Shown here: positions 39,241-54,399 of the stretch, piece after piece | Numbering within the stretch: position 1 is the first letter of the stretch | How the letters are laid out: each line of letters opens with the position of its first letter | DNA from: Octopus vulgaris | Taxonomy: Eukaryota | NCBI GenBank assembly: GCA_951406725.2 | Contig: OX597814.1 | Location: 104,408,001-104,472,000, forward strand | Reading direction: 5' to 3' | Length of the DNA stretch: 64,000 bases | Position numbers and translations under genes: made by a program | The notes under the pieces: generated by a model | Database searches by the model: none | What the model was told of the DNA's origin: nothing | What the model saw: only the letters and a program-made list of their open reading frames with translations

Positions 39241-40094
39241 TCTGAGATAACACGAAATAAATCTGTTTTACTTTGAACATTGAATCTTGAGGAGGCTCGT
39301 CACATAAGACTATAAATAATCCTTTCTTTTCTAGGCACCAGGCCAAGAACTTTTGAGGCGTATCTAGTCAATTACATCGACCCTAGTGTAAACACTAGGC
39401 ACTTATTTCATCGACCACCGAAACAAGAAATGCGGCAGAATTTGAACACAGAATGTAAAATTGGTAGAAATGTCACTGAGCATTTTGTCCGGCATGTGGA
39501 CGTTTCTGCCAGCTCACTTTGGTCATAAAATCTTTTTTGGATAGAAAAAGTTGAAGGTTATCCTGCGACTTTTATTATCTTAAACGGGTTTTTAACCCAT
39601 TATTAACATATCAGTTACAGCTTTATGTGATGTGGCTCGTGATCCAAGGTTAAAAAACAAACAAACAAAAAAGATAAAAGTATTAAATGCTAGAGGAGAA
39701 TGTGTTTATATAATCGACTCCAGCGCCCTTCTCCCGCTATCAGAATATCTTTATGTTACGAGTCAATCTAATATATCAATGAAGTGTTTGTCTTGATCTA
39801 TTTTGGTATTGTTTCATTCTAAACTGTTCTTAGTTCAAATTACATCACGACCAAGTTGATTAGCCAGACTAAGGTAATTAAAGTCCACGATCTTGCGCTC
39901 ACCTTGACCCAGACGAAAATAAATTCCTTATTTTCTCACCCTTTGAAATTTATCAAATTTCAAAAGTAGCGGTTTTTGTAATCATCTATGTCCTAACCTG
40001 TGCTTATTGCTGTTGTTCTTTGTCCCCTGTGAAGATGCCATCTCCACTCAGAACGGCCACCGTTTTTAGCAATTTTCTCCCCTATATACACAGG

Positions 40095-40312
40095 CATGTG
40101 GTATGGTTATGGGTTAGGGTTAAGAAGCTTGCATTGCAACAGCGTGGTTTCAAGTTCAGCCCCACTCTACAGCACTTTGGGGAAATATCTTCTACAATTA
40201 TAGCCCCGGTCCACCAATGCTTTGGCGGGGAATTTCGCTGATGGAAACTATGAGGAAGACCGTCATATATATATATATACATAACCAGTCATATATATGC
40301 ATATATAATGTA

Positions 40313-40396
<84 letters not shown>

Positions 40397-40560
40397 AGTG
40401 CTTTTGTGTTTATCCCCCACCTCACCGCTTGAAACCAGTTTCGTTTCTTTTACTTCTTCGTAACTTAGCAATTCGGCAAAAGGGTAGGAAGGAATAAGTA
40501 CCAGACATAGAAAATAAATGTAGTGCCGGGGACGAAAGTAGTAAAAGATAAAAGACACAA
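40095..40560 (+). mobile_element. SINE family B, diverged
   Basis: Colinear with the other B copies. Confidence 0.75.
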
Positions 40561-42093
40561 TACCACTGGGACCAGCTTAATTCTGTCCTAAAATCTCAAT
40601 CCATTCTCGAAGACAGATCTGTGGTACCTTGCGTGTTTCAGGAAATCGCTGTCTGTGAATAGCAACTGGCATGAATTGATTCCAGCTCACAACGAAGCAA
40701 GTCTTTATTTCTGCTTGGAGTCAGTTTCATTCACTTCCGCTTTTTCTGCCCCCCCACCTCTTCTGTCTTTTACATTTATCAGAAAGGCATGGACATCACA
40801 CATTTATCTTATCATAGAAATTATGAAGACTTTAGCAAGAAATCAATATTTCAAATCGTGTTTGACAGTCGGTCTTTCACAATAGTAATTTGTGAAGAAG
40901 AAAATTCCATCGCTAATATATTCCGGTCAGTTGTTAGACTAATTTCTACTAATCGTTGGACTTTCACTTTCTTAACATTCATTATCTCTGGCCCAAGGCT
41001 TATCGTCTGTTCTTCCATTACTTAACCGCTAAAGACGCTGCTTTTGATGATTTCATTTGTATCAATTCTACTTAATACTTCACTGCAGCCCACACCACAA
41101 CCAAGCTGGCTATCGGTCATAATAATCAGTCGTCTATCAACATTAAGAGCTGAGGCTCAACAAACTATTCATAAAATATTTAATCAAAGTCCTGTAGATA
41201 CGGCGACTAAATTAAGATATTATCGCTTCATATATCCTACCACAGAGAGATAAGTTGACATCACTCTGTCATTGATAGAGAGTAGAGTTAAGTATAACGT
41301 CACATGTTTCAACGTTCGTCTCGCTCCGATATATATTCTTTGAAGAGATTTTCTTTCAGAAAAACGAAACAAAAGCAAACCAGAAAACAGAATCGTATCT
41401 TTCAATGTTGTACATACATTAAGAATGATACACTGATAACGTTTAAAATTTAATGCTGTTTGAATTGCTTACGCCAAGTATTTAAAACTCGGCGGTTTTT
41501 AACAATACCAGTGAATGCATTGTTCGTTGTAGCCTATCTATCCTATCTATCTGTCTGTCTGCCTGTCTGTTTGTGTGTCTCTGTGTGTGTCTATCTATCT
41601 AATCGGAAGGCTGTCTATCTATGTAATCGGAAGGCTGTCTAGTCTTCCGTGGCTTTCTTTCCTCAGCCAAGTTCCAGATGTCACGACCATTGCGGGCAGT
41701 TACACCTGAGATACTTCGATCTGACTGCCCCCAAAAAGTCCAAGCTAAGAGCATTAGACCCCTTTGTAAAAGAAAGCTAGAGAATGTGTACGACAACAAA
41801 GACAAAAAACAACAACAAAAAACCGGAGAACATGGTACACAATTACGATTACAAACAAGAAATAGCAACAGGTGTCTTTCGACTAAGAACGAATCAAATT
41901 GAGCTGGCGAGTATGAAGTGAAAGCCTAAAGGCAGGAACATAGGAGATGGACAGAAGAGGTGTCGGCAGTCAGGCCAAGAAAGAAAGATCATGGCTGGCC
42001 GGACACCGGTCACGTGGAAGGAGAGATGAGTAGGAGGCAGCGGGATATATATATATATAGTAAACATACACATACATGTATACTTTTTCATTA

Positions 42094-42422
42094 CTAGTTT
42101 CAGCTCGAGAGCTGCAACCACGTTGGGGAACCAGCGTTAGTTTTGCTATATTTACGCTAAATCTCCTGTGATATGCGGTGTTTGTGAGTTTGATGTTGCT
42201 GCCCTCATCTGTGTTTCTTGCCGCGAAGTAGGTTCCTCCGGAACTCTTGACAAGGGGAGATTCAGTTTCATTTTGAAGACGCTTACGTCCAACCCATGTA
42301 GATCTCTCAGACTTTGTGGAAGGATAATGAAGAGCTGTGGGTCTATGAAAGCCGAGCTGTCGCACAACCTGGTCCTGTATCGTAATAGTAATGTTGGAAT
42401 ATATGATACTATGCAGTGGCAC
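42094..42422 (-). mobile_element. CR1/L2-like LINE 3' end with stem-loop tail
   Basis: PQLFIILPQSLRDLHGLDVSVFKMKLNLPLSRVPEEP matches the 'N-x-LP...FK-x-x-LD' C-terminus; followed by tail cagctc-tc-gagctgaaactag. Confidence 0.75.
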
Positions 42423-42427
42423 CCCGT

Positions 42428-42458
<31 letters not shown>

Positions 42459-42517
42459 GTAAGATCCAAGGATCAGGGTGTAGGAAGTTAGTGAGCTTCA
42501 TGCTGTCCATAGAAGAT

Positions 42518-42590
<73 letters not shown>

Positions 42591-42671
42591 GTATATATAT
42601 ATATGTATATATATGTATATATATGTATATATGTATATATATATGTATATATATATGTATATATGTATATA

Positions 42672-42742
<71 letters not shown>

Positions 42743-42857
42743 ATATATATGTATATATATATATGTATATATATATATGTGTATATATATATGTGTGTGT
42801 ATATATATACATATATATGTATATATATACATATATATATGTATATATATGTATGTA

Positions 42858-42968
<111 letters not shown>

Positions 42969-43123
42969 GGAACAATAGTGGTTTACTAGCGCAGAAGGTT
43001 GTGAATTTTTCCCGTATTCAAGTACGATCAGCTGAAAAAAAGTTGATTTTATAGTTGACGGTTATCAACTGGGGTTGTTGTACATGTGAATAAACATTTA
43101 AAAATTAGTGGAAATTCAAAAGC

Positions 43124-43358
43124 AGTAAATTATCCAGACGAGGGGGTAGACCACAAGCTACCCTTGAAGCCAAGGACACCCTGATTAAATGAAGTTTACA
43201 TTGTCGCCAGGGGACCCCTTGATTTCGATCGAATCCCCTGCGAGTTAACACGGAATCTCCTAACGGCAATGTAAATTTCATTTAATGAAGGGATCTTTGG
43301 CCTGAAGAGGAGCTTGCGGTCGCCCGCCCCCCCCCCCCACTTCGTTTGGATAATTACT
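43124..43358. repeat. Degenerate MITE-like inverted repeat (~90-bp arms)
   Basis: agtaaattatccagacg...attaaatgaagtttacattgtcg versus cggcaatgtaaatttcatttaat...cgtttggataattact. Confidence 0.75.
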
Positions 43359-43546
43359 ACTTCCGCAGTTCCACTAGCTATGAAACATATCTAGCCTGGA
43401 TTTTATCTACTCCATTCCCTAATTTTTGGACACACACACTACTTCTTCTTCTTCTTCTTGTTTTTCTTCTTGTTTTTCTTCTTCTTCTTCTTCTTGTTTT
43501 TCTTCTTCTTCTTCTTCTTCTTCTTCTTCTTCTTCTTCTTCTTCTT

Positions 43547-43576
<30 letters not shown>

Positions 43577-43579
<3 letters not shown>

Positions 43580-43655
43580 ATTTTCATATTTATTTGAAAG
43601 ACAGTTTGCTTACTGGGTAGGTCTGTTGTCTGATGGAATTTCAACACATTTCACC
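43577..43655 (+). repeat. 79-bp unique sequence following (CTT)n, duplicated at 46686-46764
   Basis: One mismatch between the copies; both directly follow a long (CTT)n tract. Confidence 0.92.
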
Positions 43656-44187
43656 TGATCAAATAGAATCATAGTATCTTAATAGCAAAGACACCAAAGT
43701 AGAGTCGACGACAGCATACCTGGGTATCAACAGCGTGTACGGATATTCACGTACTTACTAAAGCATAAATGGATTTCTTCCTTCCAGTTTCGCATACAGC
43801 CACAACTACACACCAAATACACTCAACGCATACGTAAAACCACGCACGAGTATACACTGGCGTGTGGTCCACGGTCCATTGTAGGCTCAAGATCTAACGC
43901 TAGTGAGATTCCCAGAACAGTTACATCTAATGCTCGGGATTTTCCGGCACCATACGATATATTATTATTCTTTTTACAGCCACCGCCCATTCGGTGTCGC
44001 GTGTGTCTATTACGCGTTTCATACTTGAATCCTATATAAAATATAGTCGTCCACTTCAACAATATTGGTGTCTACTTCTTTCGTTGCCAAACACGTGGAT
44101 TGTCAATACGTACGTACGTACACACTTGCGCGCACGCGCATACACACATGTAAACACATGTATATACATGTGTGTATATATATATAT

Positions 44188-44299
<112 letters not shown>

Positions 44300-44304
44300 T
44301 TATG

Positions 44305-44512
44305 TAGGGAGAGTTCACGAAAAAACAAAAGACGAAGACAGATGGTGTACAAAACAAACAGATGTATTAGTATAGCGCTCAGGAATTGAAAAAGTATTTT
44401 ACGTTTCGAGCCTACGCTCTTCTATAGAAAGGGACACAGAAAAAAAAAACAAGGAGAGAAACACGGAGAGAAAAAAAGGAGAGAAAAAATGTGTGTAGTA
44501 GCTACCGATCTA
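44305..44512 (-). mobile_element. PLE-pLTR-like repeat with hammerhead-like motif at 44397-44430
   Basis: UUU-CUAUAGA-A-GAGC(guag)GCUC-GAAA-CG-UA-AAA. Confidence 0.65.
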
Positions 44513-44734
44513 TGCATGTATACGTATGTGTGTGTTAGAAGAAGAATGTTCTTAAATGTTACATGCGTTTTGATTTACTAATCAAAACAACATCCTTAGT
44601 AGGATTCGAAACGTTATCCTCTTCTTAACATCAAAATTGTAGAAGAAAAGCAAAGTGCTGTTTTTATACACGACACGAATGGCATGTTTCATTTCACGTA
44701 GTACGCTTCTGATATTGCAAGCAGGAATATTCAA

Positions 44735-44937
44735 CCAATATTCTTGATTCCAAGCAAAGGTATCTCCTTCATGCTTTATCGCTTCATTACCAACGAGGGC
44801 ATGCCATTGTCGTGCAAGAATCCTTGACATTTCGTTCAATGCAAGCTACCTTCGCAAAGAAGATGTATCAAAGACTTATGATTTCAACCAAAACAAATTC
44901 AGCAACGAATTCTTCAGAAGATAACCAAAGAAATATG
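44735..44937 (+). CDS. Possible host exon (unverified)
   Basis: Non-repetitive stop-free frame EYSTNILDSKQRYLLHALSLHYQRGHAIVVQESLTFRSMQ...NQRNM ending at consensus donor ATG|GTAAGT; acceptor weak. Confidence 0.25.
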
Positions 44938-45043
44938 GTAAGTTCTTATTAGAATGCATCATCAACTACATATAGTTTACATTCACACACTCACACACAT
45001 TCGTATGATATACAGACATGCAATACATATATGTGAGTTTGTA

Positions 45044-45117
<74 letters not shown>

Positions 45118-45379
45118 GTGTGTGTCAGAGTGTAAACGAGGAACGTGTGCGCATGTATGTTTGTATATAGATATGTATGTTTTTATGTATGCATGTATTT
45201 ATAGATGAATATACACACACTCATATATATATATGGTGTGTGTGTACATCTGCATAAATAATATTGATAATAACAGCAACAACGACAATAATAATATCAA
45301 TCCATACGGCTTTTCCGTTTCACTTGCATACGATAACAATAAACTTGTAATGAATAAACACGTAAACATATCTGCATTC

Positions 45380-45417
<38 letters not shown>

Positions 45418-45465
45418 ATGTATAAGTATAAACACGTATGTATATGAATATGTATGTGTATATCT

Positions 45466-45532
<67 letters not shown>

Positions 45533-45795
45533 CATATATATATATGTATGTATATATATGCAAACATACAAACATGTATACGTAATATATGGATATATGA
45601 GAATAAAGTATTGGATATATTTTTGTAAATTCTTTTGCAAATCTTTTTGTTTTAAGCTTATACATTTTGTATTTATGCATGTATATGTATGTATGCATGT
45701 ATGCATGCATGCATATAGGTATGTATGCATGTATGTATGTAAACACATATATATGCATAGATATGACTCTAAAATGCTTAGTCAAAAGCTTTGCA

Positions 45796-45841
<46 letters not shown>

Positions 45842-46106
45842 GTAATTTTTATGTGATGGAAAAAGTTAAATATGAACATGATACGAGTAGATTTCTTGCA
45901 TTGTTGTTGAATTTTTATACGAGTGAGATTTTGTTGTCGTTGTATGTGTGAGTGTATGTACATGTGCTTGTGTGTGTGTGTGCATGCGTGTGTTAATGAA
46001 TCTCTCTCTACTTAATGGCCGACCGAGTATAAAATTTTTATTATTACTATACTGCTTTGCCAAGTGCTTCAACTAAAGATTTCATTTATTATCTGCTTAT
46101 TCATTC

Positions 46107-46184
<78 letters not shown>

Positions 46185-46655
46185 TTTATTGTTGTTGTTG
46201 TCTTTGTTGCTTCTATAGTTGTTATGAAGAATTGTTTCCAGTAAACTCCAAAAGCAATTCAAGACAACGAGTCCGATTTGAAAAACTTAAAAATAAAGGG
46301 GGAAAAAAACAAACTAACAAAAACAAAAACGAGTGAACAGATAAATATAGTGAACAAAAGCAAAAAAAAAAAAGAAAATTAATAAATATAAGATAGAAAA
46401 GACAAAGAAAAACTTGAACATGTCAAAAATCTGTCCCCAGAAGACGTTTACATACACACACACAATTGCCATTTTTATCCAATAAAAGTGTTTGTTATCC
46501 GACACTACAATGTGTCATTTCATCATCATTATCATCACCAACATCATCGTTGTTGTTCTTCGTTTTCTCAAAATACCCCCATTCTTCTTCTTCTTCTTCT
46601 TCTTCTTCTTCTTCTTCTTCTTCTTCTTCTTCTTCTTCTTCTTCTTCTTCTTCTT

Positions 46656-46688
<33 letters not shown>

Positions 46689-47052
46689 ATTTTCGTATTT
46701 ATTTGAAAGACAGTTTGCTTACTGGGTAGGTCTGTTGTCTGATGGAATTTCAACACATTTCACCATTTAATGGTCATTATTTTTCATTAAGAAAAGTAGC
46801 CCTGACACTTTCTTTTAAAATGCTTTTCGCCCTTAAAATCTTTTACAAATAGAGCGAATTAGTAGACTTTGCACTTAGCACTTGCAGACATAATCGCAAT
46901 CTGAAAATGGTTGCTGCGTCGGTCGTTGTTTGGATATTAATGTAATGTCGGTCAACGAAGCTGACAAACTACACATACAATGCGAAATTCTAAATACATC
47001 AACGATGGCTGCTTCGATCGCACACGCACGCATGCACTCGCGCACAAATACA

Positions 47053-47108
<56 letters not shown>

Positions 47109-47207
47109 CATACATATATATATATGTATATGAATATGCATATATGTAAGTATATATATACATTCTATATATGCATCTATCTATCTATCTATATGCATAC
47201 ATATATA

Positions 47208-47262
<55 letters not shown>

Positions 47263-47665
47263 ATTTACGTACACGCATTCATGCTTATACATACACACAC
47301 GCATTCATACACTCACACTAACACATATGCCCGTATGTATGTGTGCGTACACACACATGTGGTGTGCGTGTGTGTGTGTGTGTGTGTGCGTGTGTCTCTG
47401 CACGCACCACACAAATATAGAAATATATGTACATGTGAAATAAGTTGATTTCCGTTGGATTTAGTTCAGAATATTCTGTTTTCGGATCCACTGAGTTGCC
47501 TGTTCTTGAACGAACTTAGAAGAGATTCAGTATTCCGCAGTCACGGTTCGCCTTACACAATCCTTTGCCTCAATTATCCTGACGCGGTCTCTGACAAAGT
47601 GTTCTGGCTTTTGAATTACAGACACAATCTAATCAATAGGCTTCTATATCACTTCCGCGTATCCA

Positions 47666-48068
47666 GCATGCCCACAAAGGGCTAAACATAGAGGGGACAA
47701 ACAAGGACAAAGGGATTAAGTCAATTACATCGACCCCTGTGCGTAGCTGGTATTTATTTAATCGACCCCGAAAGGATGAAAGGCAAAGTCGACCTCGGCG
47801 GAATTTGACCTCAGAACGAGCGGCAGACGAAATACCTATTTCTTTACTACCCAGAAGGGGCTAAACACAGAGAGGACAAACAAGGACAGACAAACGGATT
47901 AAGTTGATTATATCGACCCCAGTGCGTAACTGGTAATTAATTTATCGACCCCGAAATGATGAAAAGCAAAGTCGACATCGGTGGAATTTAAACTCAGAAC
48001 GTAGCGGCAGACGAAATACTGCTAAGCATTTCGCCCGCCGTGCTAACGTTTCTGCCAGCTCGCCGCCT
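47666..48068 (-). mobile_element. SINE family C with tandemly duplicated 3' part
   Basis: Full unit 47835-48068 plus a second partial unit 47666-47834. Confidence 0.85.
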
Positions 48069-48077
48069 TACACTCAC

Positions 48078-48161
<84 letters not shown>

Positions 48162-48769
48162 ACACACACATACACACACACACATATATATTCCATTATT
48201 GATGTTGGCATCAGTTTTAAAATCCACCCAAAACTTGGCCCCCGTGCTATCCGCCCACTACAAGAATCGAACTCAGAACACATAACATTACATCACAACT
48301 ACTTTACTTCAATCGGTCCAGCCCTCTTTAATACCATACCAAAATACGTCAAAATGGAAACAGATCCCATAAGATTCAAAGATTCACTGAACAAATTACT
48401 TTAAAAAAATCCCGGACACACACACACACATATATACACACACAAACGCGTTAAACAAAATGAGTCAATGAAGCCAAGGCAGTGTGAAATGTTTACAGCT
48501 GGTTCAAGGAAATGAGGGATAACCCCTCAACAGAGACGATATGGGAGAATTAAATAGAAGGAAATAGTAGAGTTCAATATAAGAAGTTATTTTGGAAAGG
48601 GAGAGATGTAGGAAGTATAAAGGGAAATAAAGGAAATAAGAATAAAAATAAATGTTGGATTAAATGAGGAGAATGGTATTGGTCAAAAGGAATAGGGGAG
48701 GAAAGAAAGAAGAGAGTAAAATATATGAGTGTATGTAGTTCATATGCGTGTATGTAGTACAAAAATAAC

Positions 48770-48960
48770 GAAAAAAACGTAGAATCAGGCGAGGGAATAA
48801 AGAAGTATTAGTTTGACGCTCAGGAAAAATGGAAGAGTCTGACGTTTCGAGCCTATGCTTTTCTACAGAAAAGCACAGATACTAACTTTTGTGACACACA
48901 ATGAGGAAAGGAACGTTACACTTTTAGTGAGATACAAAGAGCCACAGAAACAAAAAGAGG
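48770..48960 (-). mobile_element. PLE-pLTR-like repeat with hammerhead-like motif at 48838-48871
   Basis: UUU-CUGUAGA-A-AAGC(auag)GCUC-GAAA-CG-UC-AGA. Confidence 0.6.
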
Positions 48961-50020
48961 AAGAGGAGAAGAAAATAAATGACAGAGTAATAAATATTTT
49001 TCTCTTGAAAATTTGAAATTTCATTTTATCATTTTGTAAAAACACAAACAAATTTGAATTTGATAAAAGTTAGATGATAATTATTGTATGTGTACCAGAT
49101 TTTCAGATATTACCCATGGTGGCAAAAACATAATTGCACATCATAAGACGGGTAACAGACTAATATATAAATAAGAAGAGAATATTTTGTGTATTTGTTC
49201 GTTTAAACAGTTGGGAGTGAAATATAGAGAAGACTGTATCAATGAAAGATTATCTGTACACACAACTGTAAATCAATAATCCTATATTTAGTCACACAAC
49301 GGAACAGACGAAGCAGTGTTGGCATATTTACATTAATCTATGCAAAAATCATCAATAAATTGTTAATCTTTGCTAAAACTGTGAGCTTGTATGTGATTGT
49401 CAAATCTCCGATTCTTATCAATGTCTTTTTGTGACTGTCAAATATTAGAAGTGTTTATAAATATTTAGAAAAGCTTAAAATATTGCCAAAATGATACTTT
49501 TCAAACTTTTTCAGATGATACAATAAGATTTGAAAGCTGTCTGGAGTTCAGTCGTGTACTAAGATTAAAATAGAAATAATTTTAACGTTTGCTCTTTTTA
49601 TATATTTTATTTCATTCTAAGAATCGCGGCCATGTAACCACATCCTCTTCAAGGGCATTTTGATTTTATTAGTCTGACCTCAGTGTTTGGCCTAGATTAG
49701 ATTCCATCGTCTTCGGAAGCAGGAAAAGGAAAGTAGACTAACGTAGGATCTAAGCTCACATTGTAAAGGGACGTAATCACATGCCCAACTCAAAAGGACA
49801 TAATAATTGTTTGCGCCTCCGCCATACACGCGTAATTCAATTAACTGCAACTTTATATTTTAATTCTTTCATGCTTTACAGATTCAGTGGTGAAAGCTGT
49901 AAAGTAAGAGGTGAGCTCTCTGTAAATCAAGCTCACTATCTGAAATATTTAAGTCAATTCTTTCTTCCCGTCTCTCTCCCTATCTTCCCCTCTCACTCTG
50001 TCTGTCTTCCTTTCTCTCTC

Positions 50021-50099
<79 letters not shown>

Positions 50100-50185
50100 G
50101 TATGTATATATACACTACTAATATAGGATGAAGTTTTTTTTACAGAAAAAAATTTCATCAAAAAAGTGGCAGCGTATTAAACCTT

Positions 50186-50230
<45 letters not shown>

Positions 50231-50501
50231 GCGTGTTTCCACTGCTATTCTCCCTGTCATTGCGTCATCGATTCTCTGTAAAGTTTTACTTCTCGATCCA
50301 GGCTTTAAGAATGAGTTATTCTGGTGTCTACAGCATAATAACACCTCACATCGTCTCATAGACTTGTATTTTTGCTTCATAAAATATGTTATCTTGTTTT
50401 GCAATACACAGGAGCATATTCAGAACCATTTAGGTGACGGGTGGCACTGCCCCTGACAGTATCACCCATTTATATCTATGTTATTGTTCCTTAAGTATTA
50501 A

Positions 50502-50865
50502 TCTCTCTATATATAAAGCTGAAGTTGTCTGTGTATAATAGGTTTGGTAGCCTTCAACTAACACTATCTCCTCCGAGACCCTGCGGCGCAAGTTGACCAA
50601 AATTGAGAGTATGATAGAAGAAGGCTCAAATCAGATCATGTTAACACTAAAAATAATTTACATCAAAAAGGTGCTTTTTTTTCTGTGAAAATCCCTATTT
50701 TTTACGATTGTTTGACTGCTGTGTCGACATTTTCGGTGTATTTCAACTAGAAAAATGTTCACTTGAAGAGAATAACAAGCTACATAATGCAAAACTTTTA
50801 CTTTTCAAAAATTCCAATTCTAAAGGGTCGAAAAAAACCCGAGCAACGCCGCGCGATACTGCTAG
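50502..50865 (+). mobile_element. Non-autonomous Helitron (same family as 25196-25589)
   Basis: A|TCTCTCTATATATAAAGC ... cccgagcaacgccgcgcgatactgCTAG|T. Confidence 0.9.
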
Positions 50866-51939
50866 TATTTTAATATCGGTATTGCGTTTCTTCTATAAAG
50901 AATGAAATTACGTGTTGTATGTGTGTATGTGTGCACGTACAAGTGTGTATGTGTGAATGGGGCTCTGACCATTCCGCTCGTTGTATGATGCAGTGTTCGT
51001 CAGGATGTTCCTCTCGCAGTCCAAGATATATATTGTTCATAGATTGGGAAGTAGGTGTTTGCTTTGATATACAGATACATCCAATTTTCGAATTGTTTCC
51101 GCTGAGTAACGCCTGTATTTCCGGTCGGTTGGGAAGAGATTGCACAGTTAGTTGTTGGAAGTGTTCTGTTACAATTACTTTTACGTGTAGGGTGAATGAC
51201 GTATTAAACCACGTGATATTTCAATCTCAAATTTCTAATCTTGGTTTCTAAGCCTGTGGTTCGTTTGCATTGATTTCGGTCCGTATTCTTCTTCTTTGAG
51301 TTTGATCACTTCTGGGCTTCAGCGAAGAATAATGCAGTTTGGTTGGATATTTTTTGTTGGGTGATATTGGGAAGACACTCTGGCAAATGTTGACTAGTTT
51401 CTTTGTTTGTAGGAGTTGGAGCCTAGAGAAACAAGATGATTGCTTCATTTTGTCAGATGAGAACCGTCGCACATTCAGCCTGATTATTCAGATTAACTCT
51501 ATCCATACATGTCGCCACGATACATCGTCAGAGGACTTCATAAAATCAAGAAGGGAAATAATTGTGTGTCATCTTTACGTCACTAGATTTAAGTGACAAA
51601 AGCTTGAACAAAACTTTTGTCATTCTCTCGGTCGTCACATTTGGTTCCAATGACAAAACAGCAAGATGACTGGAACTAGTTAGATTGTAAGTCTTATGTC
51701 TTTCTAGAAGCCTTCCACACGGCTGTTTCAGAAATATCGAAAACCTCTACCACCACTGGGAGATCTGTTTAAACAACGGACGGGAGCCTGATAGGTACTA
51801 CTATTCCGAGTCAGAACGAACCCAAGAGTTGTGCTAATTAAGGGATAACTCCACGCTATCCACAACTCCAGAACTGCCGAATTGGAGCCTCACCACTGGA
51901 TGCAGTTGAGTGCCATACCCGGAACATACATACATTCAT

Positions 51940-52600
51940 CCTGTATAAAGAGATCCGTCGGAAGGCTAGCCCCGAAGTCAAAGAAATAAGAACCCACGAT
52001 GTAGTAGAGGCCATAGCCAATCATATTAATAAGGATTAGTGGTGGAACGGACCGGGGAAAACCTCAATAAAATGTAAACATAACAAACCTGACGGAGTGA
52101 ATTGGGATAGAGAACAAAAACTGTGTCCAGTTGTGGAAATCAGCTACACTGCGCATGTTTACATAAAGCTAAAGATCAACGAAAAAGAAAATAGCTATTG
52201 ATGCTACTCTATGCAGATTACAAGTTCATGTTTATACCTGTAATTATTGCGGCACTGGGATATGTAAGACACTCGAGAAATTAGGCTTCTCAAAACTAGA
52301 AAAGAGAAAGCTGATTCGAAGACTACAGATATAAGCCGTCACTAGAACTGTAAAGATTTATAAAACTTTCCAGAAGTTTATCATTTAAGTAAATATGAGC
52401 ATGTCTAGATATGCAACTATATGCATAGGAATACATACATAAAGCAAAACATGCAAATACTGCACTTGTACACATATACACGCAAAAATACCCTGTTGAT
52501 GTTGGTGAAATTTCAATGAACGAGCCTTGGACCTATGTCAGAAACCGGCTCTCTCTATTGGCAAGATATCTTGAAATATAACTGAATAATGAGTTACGTA
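51940..52600 (+). mobile_element. R4/Dong-like LINE 3' fragment (restriction-like endonuclease domain plus 3' UTR)
   Basis: KCKHNKPDGVNWDREQKLCPVVEISY..INEKENSY..FIPVIIAALGYV..LEKLGFS: PD-(D/E)xK-type RLE pattern. Confidence 0.75.
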
Positions 52601-52677
52601 CGAATATATACACATATATATATACTTAAACATATGCATAGATGCATACATACATACATACATACATACATACATAC

Positions 52678-52807
<130 letters not shown>

Positions 52808-52890
52808 TTAAAATCTTTAACTGCTCTTTCTAGCGAGTCAGATATCCTATTCTCCGGCTATCTCTTTTGCGTTTAAACGTACACTGTATT

Positions 52891-52937
<47 letters not shown>

Positions 52938-53663
52938 AGAGAGAGAGAGAGGTGGGAAGAGAGAGAAAGCAGGGCTTGATCCGGAAAATGTTTATGCAAT
53001 TAAGCCGAATGCAATGACACAATGGACAAGTAGAAGCAAAACAACAACAAAACTGACCAAAGGAACTCGATAGCCAGAAGTAAAAGAAAAAAAAATAGGC
53101 CTCAAAGGTGTCGCTGAACTCGTAAAAATAGCAGTAAATCTCCCTTGAAACATATTCAAGCTTATCATTTGTAAAAGAATAGATATTTGATTCTGCAATG
53201 TTCAATATTTTGTTTGAACGAATAGAAGAAAGTGTTTTTGGCGATGTGTTGGATATAAAGGTTGGAACCGAGATTAAACAACAGCAACGACAACTACAAC
53301 AACAACAACGATAAAGACAACAACAGCAATTGCAGCTGCAACGAGAGTGACAACAGCAAGAACAAGAGCAAGAAGAACAACAGCTTCAACAACGACGGCA
53401 AATAGCAATAACACCGGCAACAAGAACAACAATAATAACAAAAAGCAATACCAACAAAGTGCAATCTACACATGTTAGACTTCAATATTTTAAACAAAAT
53501 GTCAATGCATTATAATCTGATGAGCAGGAAATGGCTTTTTCTCATAAATTTATAATTGTTTTAAATTTTAAATCGTAATTTTATAACCCGTTTACAACCC
53601 AAGAGAAAACGCCTTTTTTTGTTATTGTTGTTATTGATGTCAGATGTCGCCTTGTGCATATAT

Positions 53664-53717
<54 letters not shown>

Positions 53718-53790
53718 TTATATATATATATATATATGTATATACATATGTATATATATATATGTATATATATATGTATATATATGTATA

Positions 53791-53837
<47 letters not shown>

Positions 53838-54399
53838 GTGGTGTGTGTATGTGTATATGTATTCCTTGCTACCTTTTCTATATCTGTATGCCTCACTCTG
53901 TGTGTATGTGTGGTTGTGTCTGTACATGCGTGTATATATTCCTAGCTGCGTTTTTCTATCTGAATGTGTCACTGTGCGTGTGTGTGTATGTGTGTGTGTG
54001 TTTGTGTGTGTGTGTAAGCTTGTATGGGCATGCGAGTGCGTGCATATATACCTGCCTACTTCTCAATATCCGAATGTCTCACTGCAGCTATCTGTGTGTA
54101 GTATAGGTGTGTCCTCGTGCGTGTGTTGTTTTGTTGAGATCGATGTTATTTACAAATCAATGTTGTTTACAACAGATTAGGTTCAACCCATCGCTTAACT
54201 GTTTAGCCTATGATATTTAACATTCCAAGACAATTGTATTGGACAGTTTTTTTCCCATTGTGTCATTACTAATGAATGAAACATGACAAAAATATTTCGA
54301 AAGAAATTGCCAAGAAAATATTGATTTAATGGATAAACGACTGAAATAATGTCTTTTTTTTATTTTGCACAAATTTATTCGAAGTTAATAAACTACAGT

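Noticed and set aside
38858-39346. 162-aa ORF
   Set aside because: Spans SINE pieces and (TA)n; no recognisable domain.
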